IMG/VR virus record: IMGVR_UViG_3300031857_022279
From: a virus
Length of the DNA stretch: 64,000 bases
Reading direction: 5' to 3' (one strand)
The first letter of the stretch is position 1. The number at the start of each line of letters is the position of its first letter. Below, in pieces: positions 57,991 through 64,000 of the stretch. The notes beneath the pieces were generated by a model. That model was not told the origin of the DNA. It was given only the letters and a program-made list of their open reading frames with translations, and made no database searches. The position numbers were made by a program, and so were the translations under genes.

Positions 57991-59871
57991 ATGATACAGA
58001 GTTTTTTAGAATATATTTTTGAATCCAAAGATATGTCTTCAATTAAATTGTACTATTCAAAACAATTTAGAGATATTTTATTGGCAATTGAATCTACATC
58101 TAAAGACGGCGAAGTTAGAAGACTCGCCTCTTCAATAAGACATAGTGAAAACTCAACTTCTATTTCTTCAGATATTACCTTAATAGATTTAACTGATAAA
58201 AATGATATGGTATCGTTTATTCAATATAATCGAATTAAAAGAAAGTGGGATGATAAAAGTAAAGATTCCATGTTTAGTGATATCTGGAAAGACGATATCG
58301 AAGATTGGATTCAAAATATATCACAGAGTGAAACAGACAGTCTTTGGAAAGAACAACGAGGTGAAGTAAAAATAGGAAAATTCACAAAGAAATTACACAA
58401 AGACAACGGTTTAATTATATCTGACTCTATAGTCGAGAAGTTTGTTAATGATTTTAAAGCCACTTATGATTTTGATAAAAATCTGGATCAGAAAATGGAA
58501 TTAGTATCTGGAGAAGGTATAAAAAAATGGTATTTATCAGATAACTATGTCTCAAAAAGTGGCCAACTTGGAAACTCATGTATGAGATATGAAAAATGTC
58601 AAAAATATTTTGACATATATGTAAAAAACTCAGAGGTTTGTAGTTTATTAGTAATGTATTCAGATTCTACTAAAACTAAAATATCGGGAAGAGCTTTAGT
58701 TTGGAAAGATACCAATGGAGACATTGTTCTAGATAGAGTCTATACATCTAAAGACTCTGATGTTATGGTATTTTTAAAATATGCTGAATCAAAAGGATGG
58801 ACTCAGGTCTCTTACAAAACTAGAACAATCCAACTAAAGAAAGATCTACTTTATGACTTCTATCCTTATATAGATAATTTCTATATTTTTAATCATGAAA
58901 AATTCTACTTAACCAATAATGAAAGCAATTGGCCAAGTGAAGGATACTGGAAATTACAAAATACTGATGGAACATATACCTCAGATGAAGGTGTCTGGTC
59001 AGAATATCATCAAGAGTATATAGAGAGAGATAGTGCAATTTGGTGTGAAGGAGTGGGTGACTATGTGCACAGTGATGAGGCAATATATCTAGAATATAGA
59101 GATATGTATGCTAGTCCTGTTGAAAGTACGGTATATTCAAATTGGTCTGATCAAACTTACTATTTAGATGACGCCGTTCACTCTGAGGTAATGAACGACT
59201 ACTTACTCACTGATGAGGTCAAAGTAATTTTTATAAATTACCATGGTGATGAAGACTATATTCCAAAAGATTTCCCAAAAGAAGCATTAGTTACTGTTGA
59301 ATATGAAGATGGTAGTAAAGTACAAACTTTAGATAGATTTGTAATTAAGGACCCACTTACAGGTAAACTTCACTTTAGAGATGAGCAAATTGATGGTGTT
59401 AAAATTGATAGAGTCATATTGAATAATCTCAGTAATGTAGATGTTGATATAGATAAGATTAAAAGTTATTTAATCAATACAGACTTCGTAATAGATGATA
59501 AAAAAATAATGTACATCAGATCTTTATATAATGTTTACGCAAAGTTTTCAATAATGAATAACGATATTACAAGAGCTGTAATTAAATATCTACTTTTTGC
59601 CTATCCAAATAAAGAAAATCAAAGAAATGGTCTTCCGAGACTTAGTGGTATAGGTAGTAAATCAGAACAATACTTGAGATTCAAAAATATGATTCTTAAT
59701 TTTGACACTGAACTTCTTAAAATTTTGACTAATGATAAATCTGAAGTTTTAGAAGGCGGATCTTATGACTCAGTATTCGCGCTTACCAAGATATCTTACT
59801 CATTTGTTTCTGAAGTATTTCAAGATCCGGAAATTTATAAAATGTGGTACAAGTGGAAAATGAGTAGTTAA
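57991..59871 (+). CDS. Large hypothetical protein with CTS-like N-terminus
   Basis: Starts MIQSFLEYIFES; GNSCMRY...GRALVW...LDRVY core; four short aromatic/acidic repeats. Confidence 0.75.
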   Translation: MIQSFLEYIFESKDMSSIKLYYSKQFRDILLAIESTSKDGEVRRLASSIRHSENSTSISSDITLIDLTDKNDMVSFIQYNRIKRKWDDKSKDSMFSDIWKDDIEDWIQNISQSETDSLWKEQRGEVKIGKFTKKLHKDNGLIISDSIVEKFVNDFKATYDFDKNLDQKMELVSGEGIKKWYLSDNYVSKSGQLGNSCMRYEKCQKYFDIYVKNSEVCSLLVMYSDSTKTKISGRALVWKDTNGDIVLDRVYTSKDSDVMVFLKYAESKGWTQVSYKTRTIQLKKDLLYDFYPYIDNFYIFNHEKFYLTNNESNWPSEGYWKLQNTDGTYTSDEGVWSEYHQEYIERDSAIWCEGVGDYVHSDEAIYLEYRDMYASPVESTVYSNWSDQTYYLDDAVHSEVMNDYLLTDEVKVIFINYHGDEDYIPKDFPKEALVTVEYEDGSKVQTLDRFVIKDPLTGKLHFRDEQIDGVKIDRVILNNLSNVDVDIDKIKSYLINTDFVIDDKKIMYIRSLYNVYAKFSIMNNDITRAVIKYLLFAYPNKENQRNGLPRLSGIGSKSEQYLRFKNMILNFDTELLKILTNDKSEVLEGGSYDSVFALTKISYSFVSEVFQDPEIYKMWYKWKMSS

Positions 59872-59916
59872 ACTTTATCTAAAAACAAATACGATAAAAG
59901 ATATATCATGTTGTAG

Positions 59917-61104
59917 ATGGATAAAATCTATATCAAATCTTTAATTCAGAATGTTTTAAATAAAGAATTCTCTAATCCAAATAAGAGGAGAATAGATGAG
60001 TATGCTGATAGATTAAACTATTCTTGTCCATACTGCGGTGATTCATCTAAAAGTGTTCATAAGAAAAGAGGTAATTTATACTTTAATAAACTCTTTTATA
60101 TCTGTTTTAACTGTGATAAAAAGACTACTTTTGATAAATTCGCAAAAGACTTTAATGAGGTTTTAGATCCTCAGAAAAAACTTGAAATTATAGAATATCT
60201 AGATTCCGTTATTGATTATTCAGACTATGACACTGATTTTGGAGATTTCCAACTCGATGATCTTTATGATATTAGTCAACTTGAAGAATTATTCAATGTT
60301 AAAGATATAACTCCAATATTTGACTTTAAACCAATCGATGAAAGATCAGGAGTTTATAAGTATCTACTAGGTAGAGGAATTGTTAAACCACTTCAGAAAG
60401 ATATTTACCAGGCAAAATTCTCAAAAGGTGATGAAGGATACGAACACGTTATCATACTTTTAAATAAAAGAGGTGATAAAGTCTTAGGACTACAGGTAAG
60501 AAACTTAAAAGAAGGCCGAAGAAGATTCTTTGTAATATACAACTGGGAGTCAATTCATAAGTGGATTTGGGGAGAAGAAAAAGAAGTAGATATTCAAAAA
60601 TCAATTATCTATAATAAGTTATCTTATTACTTTAATATTTTAAATATTAATTTTGAAGAAAAGATAACTATTTTTGAAGGTTATATCGATTCATTATTCT
60701 ATCCGAATTCTGTTGGTGTTGTTGGGGTTAATACCGATTTAAGGTTTTTAGAAAATAACAACTTAGATATTCAATATTTCTTTGATAATGATACGGCAGG
60801 TTATAATAAGTCAGAAGAAAAGATAAGGGAAGGTGGTAAAGTTTTTCTATGGAAAAAACTCTTTGAAGACATTGTTTCAAAGAAAAAGACTGATGATCCT
60901 CATAAATTACTTTACAGAATATCTAAAGTAAAGGACTTAAATAAACTTAATGAATTAGTTCCCTTTGCTTACAAAAAACTCGAACTCGGCAATTTCTTTT
61001 CAGAAGATTTATTTGATTTAAAATATCTACCAAAGAATACTATAAGAAAAAAAACCAAACCTGAAAAAGATTATTTAAGAGAGTTTCGTCAAAATGACTT
61101 CTAA
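59917..61104 (+). CDS. DNA primase (T4 gp61-like)
   Basis: Zn finger CPYCGD...CFNC; TOPRIM IFEGYID...FDND. Confidence 0.9.
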   Translation: MDKIYIKSLIQNVLNKEFSNPNKRRIDEYADRLNYSCPYCGDSSKSVHKKRGNLYFNKLFYICFNCDKKTTFDKFAKDFNEVLDPQKKLEIIEYLDSVIDYSDYDTDFGDFQLDDLYDISQLEELFNVKDITPIFDFKPIDERSGVYKYLLGRGIVKPLQKDIYQAKFSKGDEGYEHVIILLNKRGDKVLGLQVRNLKEGRRRFFVIYNWESIHKWIWGEEKEVDIQKSIIYNKLSYYFNILNINFEEKITIFEGYIDSLFYPNSVGVVGVNTDLRFLENNNLDIQYFFDNDTAGYNKSEEKIREGGKVFLWKKLFEDIVSKKKTDDPHKLLYRISKVKDLNKLNELVPFAYKKLELGNFFSEDLFDLKYLPKNTIRKKTKPEKDYLREFRQNDF

Positions 61105-61565
61105 AAATACTTTGTAGTATTATTTGGATTTTTAATTTTTAAATAGTCGTAAAAGTTTAAATTCCCTCTTTCATTGTTACAATCGAAACAACAAACTATT
61201 AAATTGACCTGTGAGTTGTTGCCTCCTTCAGAAATGGGTATTATGTGATCTGTAGTTGCATTTGACTCATTCAATTTACAACCACAATAAATGCATTTTG
61301 CCTTTTTATTTTCCTGTAAAAACTCTTTTGCGAAACCACTTGTTCTTCTTTTAACATTCTTGCCGTTCCACTTTAGGCCAACCACAACAATATTCTCTAG
61401 AAACTTATATTTTTTTCTATAGATTTTACAAGGTACATAATTTTTATTAGACCAAATAGCGAGCTTAACTAATAGACCCCATCTTTTCCACACCTTTTTA
61501 TCAACTGAAATAAAATGTTGATGCTCTGCTTCTCTTATAAATTTGATAACTTCTACTATATTCAT
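61101..61565 (-). CDS. HNH endonuclease domain protein
   Basis: CIYCG...TDHIIPISEGGNN...CCFDCNNERGN. Confidence 0.88.
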   Translation of the reverse strand: MNIVEVIKFIREAEHQHFISVDKKVWKRWGLLVKLAIWSNKNYVPCKIYRKKYKFLENIVVVGLKWNGKNVKRRTSGFAKEFLQENKKAKCIYCGCKLNESNATTDHIIPISEGGNNSQVNLIVCCFDCNNERGNLNFYDYLKIKNPNNTTKYF

Positions 61566-61603
61566 AACTAATTAAAGTTATCTCCCTCTCAAGTTATATA
61601 TCT

Positions 61604-61637
61604 AAAACAAGATACCCCCTAAAATTTAGGGGGTATC
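61604..61637 (-). terminator. Intrinsic terminator after the T9SS cargo gene
   Basis: GATACCCCCTA / TAGGGGGTATC stem; TTGTTTT follows on the minus strand. Confidence 0.8.
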
Positions 61638-61660
61638 CATTTTCTAGCTAAGACAACCGA

Positions 61661-63616
61661 TTACTCTTTTATAATCTGCTGTTTTTGAACACCAGTCTCT
61701 GTAGTGACAACAATCATATAAACACCAGATGAAAGTTCTGAAAGGTCTAAATTATAATTATTAGAATTAAATTGATAATTTAAAATTCTTGTTCCAATTG
61801 TATTATATACAGATACATCCCTAACATCATTTTTAAAGTTATCTGTAATATAAATTAAACCTTCACTTGGATTTGGGTAAATTACCAACTCTTGTTCTTC
61901 TTTTTCCAAAGATTCTTCAGTCTTATTATTAGGTTGAGAAGATTGAAGACTTCTCAATTCAACTTGAGTATACTCTGGTCTATTTCTAACGCTTTCTTTA
62001 TAGATAATATAAGTAGTAGTTGACTTGTTACCACACTCCGTAACAGTTCTAACTAATTTATACCACTTCTGAGTATAGAGTTCGCTATCACTAAAACCAT
62101 GAGTGTTTTCGGTTCTAATTAAATTCCAGTTGAAAGGAACATCTTCACTTAAATAAAGTTCCCATTTTTCACATCCTACTGTATTTGTTATGTTCACAGT
62201 TGTAAGTGAATATTTATCTTGTGAAGTCTGTTCAATACAATAGTCAAAATTTGGATCAATTGTATTTTTAAAACCATGAAGTTTTGCCATGAAGTTCTGC
62301 TTTCTAAGAATAGTATTAGGAGTCAATTGTATCCAACTTACAAAAGAACCACCAACAAATATTTCCCAGTTATCATTGCCATCATCTGTTGCATTAACAG
62401 CTAAACTACTACCAGTTCCTTGTCCATAGTTTCCTTCGAATCCATTAACATTAGTGCCTCCAAGACCTGCTCCAATATTGATAGTTTTAAACTCTTCATT
62501 TATCTGACCATCAGTTGTGAAAGCAGTAATCTTTGGAGTCCAAGTTGGTTGATAAACTTGTTGAGAAGTTGAACTAGCAAAGTTACCAGTTGCAATTAAA
62601 TTACAATTATAAAAACAAATATCCATAATTCTACCTGGACAACCTGGATTAAAAATAGGATCCACAGACCAGTTACCACCTAGAATGTTATATCTAACTA
62701 AATTTCTAAATCCAGAAACACCAGAGGCGGTGCTAATAGAACCGCTGAAATAAGATACTAAATCTCCTTCTATACCATCACATTCAGATCCATTAACAAA
62801 TATTATATCACTAATTGACATAGAGTTAGATAAATCTGTTATACCTGGAACTGGCTTAATTGTCATTTGCTCGTCAAGTTTAAAAATACCTACGTAGTTA
62901 TGACCTCCTAATTCAAAATTAAATGATCCACCACAAACTAATTCTTTTGTACCGGGTATCTTTGTTATTTTTGAAATAAGACCAGTAGGAGTTGGTAACT
63001 GAACAGTCTGTAAAACTTGACCAGTGTTTGGGTCACAACATACAATAGTCTGTGTGTAACTACTCGGTGTGCCAGTTTGAAATGAATAGTATAATTTATT
63101 GTTTTCAAAGTCGTGATAGATCGCAGAGCAAATACTAATCCAAGAAGTATAAGGACAAACGAAGTCTGTATCTCTAGTACCATCTGCGTTAACTTTATTT
63201 AAAAACCTAACACCCTGATTAACACCCCAGTTGAAACTGTTTCTTCCTGATATAAAAAACTCACCAGTTGGCTCACCACTTTCATTCTTCTCAGTCTCCA
63301 TACAAACTGTCGCAAACTGACCAGGCCAAGTTGCCATTTGATTATTAAAAAAAGATTGATCCTCATTTCCTGAGAAATCATATTTTCTAATTTTTGGGTA
63401 ACCAGGTTCTGTCTGGTATGCATAATAAACTGAATTACCAACAACCTCGACCCCTTGTGTCTTAAAGTTTCCGTTTGTTGAAAATGGAACTCCACCATTA
63501 TTAGGTAGAAAAGTGGTGTCTATACTACCTGCTAATTGACCAAAAGAGGAAATTCCAAGGCAAAGAGCTAAAGTCGTCATTACAAGTCGACTTAATTGAC
63601 ACTTAAAATTTTTCAT
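61661..63616 (-). CDS. Secreted protein with delta-60-like repeats and T9SS type A C-terminal sorting domain
   Basis: Signal peptide ...SSFG|Q; GSIDTTF, DGTRDTDF, SVDPIFNPG, DGQINEEF repeats; CTD VIYPNPSEG...VYNTIG...LDLSELSSGVYMIVV...QQIIKE. Confidence 0.85.
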   Translation of the reverse strand: MKNFKCQLSRLVMTTLALCLGISSFGQLAGSIDTTFLPNNGGVPFSTNGNFKTQGVEVVGNSVYYAYQTEPGYPKIRKYDFSGNEDQSFFNNQMATWPGQFATVCMETEKNESGEPTGEFFISGRNSFNWGVNQGVRFLNKVNADGTRDTDFVCPYTSWISICSAIYHDFENNKLYYSFQTGTPSSYTQTIVCCDPNTGQVLQTVQLPTPTGLISKITKIPGTKELVCGGSFNFELGGHNYVGIFKLDEQMTIKPVPGITDLSNSMSISDIIFVNGSECDGIEGDLVSYFSGSISTASGVSGFRNLVRYNILGGNWSVDPIFNPGCPGRIMDICFYNCNLIATGNFASSTSQQVYQPTWTPKITAFTTDGQINEEFKTINIGAGLGGTNVNGFEGNYGQGTGSSLAVNATDDGNDNWEIFVGGSFVSWIQLTPNTILRKQNFMAKLHGFKNTIDPNFDYCIEQTSQDKYSLTTVNITNTVGCEKWELYLSEDVPFNWNLIRTENTHGFSDSELYTQKWYKLVRTVTECGNKSTTTYIIYKESVRNRPEYTQVELRSLQSSQPNNKTEESLEKEEQELVIYPNPSEGLIYITDNFKNDVRDVSVYNTIGTRILNYQFNSNNYNLDLSELSSGVYMIVVTTETGVQKQQIIKE

Positions 63617-63750
63617 AACATATTTTTATTTTTTGTAAGCTGGTTCTACGTTTGGTAGAAATTTGCTTTTCATAGATTATATATGTTATTAAAAAAATGA
63701 ATTATATCTATTTGTCTAAAACCTTTGCAAAATAAGGGTTTCAGAGAAAA

Positions 63751-63785
63751 TAAAAATAAAAAACTCGCTAAATTAGCGAGTTTTT
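63751..63785 (-). terminator. Intrinsic terminator
   Basis: AAAAACTCGCTA / TAGCGAGTTTTT stem with a T tract on the minus strand. Confidence 0.8.
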
Positions 63786-63809
63786 ATAAAATTAAGATAA
63801 ATTTTTATT

Positions 63810-63998
63810 TTATTCTCCAGTTAAATAGTCAAAAGCGTCTTCTACTGAATCAAACTTCTTATTATCAATGTGAAATTTTTCATCTTCTGAATAGAAATTA
63901 ACTTTCTTTCCATCAAAATTAATTTCGTTATTTGCAACTTCGGTACCTAACTTACTAGCTAATTCTTTCATTTTTAAAGTACCATGATAGTGTGAACC
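63810..63998 (-). CDS. C-terminal part of a hypothetical protein (5'-partial)
   Basis: Hand translation ...GSHYHGTLKMKELASKLG...FDSVEDAFDYLTGE*; frame open to the window edge. Confidence 0.7.
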   Translation of the reverse strand, partial: GSHYHGTLKMKELASKLGTEVANNEINFDGKKVNFYSEDEKFHIDNKKFDSVEDAFDYLTGE

Positions 63999-64000
63999 TT

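Overview
This window is part of a large T4-like (myovirus) phage genome, probably a jumbo phage, and its host is most likely in the Bacteroidota. Phage evidence: baseplate genes (gp6-, gp53-, gp27/hub- and gp5-like), a UvsW helicase and a gp61-type primase. Host evidence: a T9SS C-terminal sorting domain, signal peptides with Gln at +1, a Bacteroidota-type Hc1 protein, TAnnTTTG promoter elements and A-rich starts without an obvious Shine-Dalgarno. Bases 1-12.3 kb hold two collagen-like tail fibres (one with a C1q-like domain) and two paralogous beta-solenoid proteins. Next come an outer-membrane beta-barrel, two glycosyltransferases, cREC, SET, HU, PurA, IscA, Gmk, a J-domain protein, an amidoligase, a DHH phosphoesterase, a nucleotidyltransferase, an AAA ATPase, ClpP, a HAD hydrolase, a metallophosphoesterase, an HNH protein and a T9SS cargo protein. 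Five signals stand out. (1) About ten proteins carry an N-terminal M-K-x-F-x-x-F-x-x-E-type peptide resembling the T4 capsid-targeting sequence, including two enzymes. (2) A TAATATATA motif sits in sense orientation upstream of 14 genes, often 4-7 nt from the ATG. (3) An ~85-nt three-hairpin intergenic element has its own motif copy and terminator, suggesting a small RNA. (4) The baseplate hub and spike carry three different peptidoglycan-active domains. (5) The phage encodes host-envelope cargo (T9SS substrate, beta-barrel). All calls come from motifs read by eye, with no database or HMM searches. I saw no tRNA, rRNA, CRISPR array or stop-codon recoding.
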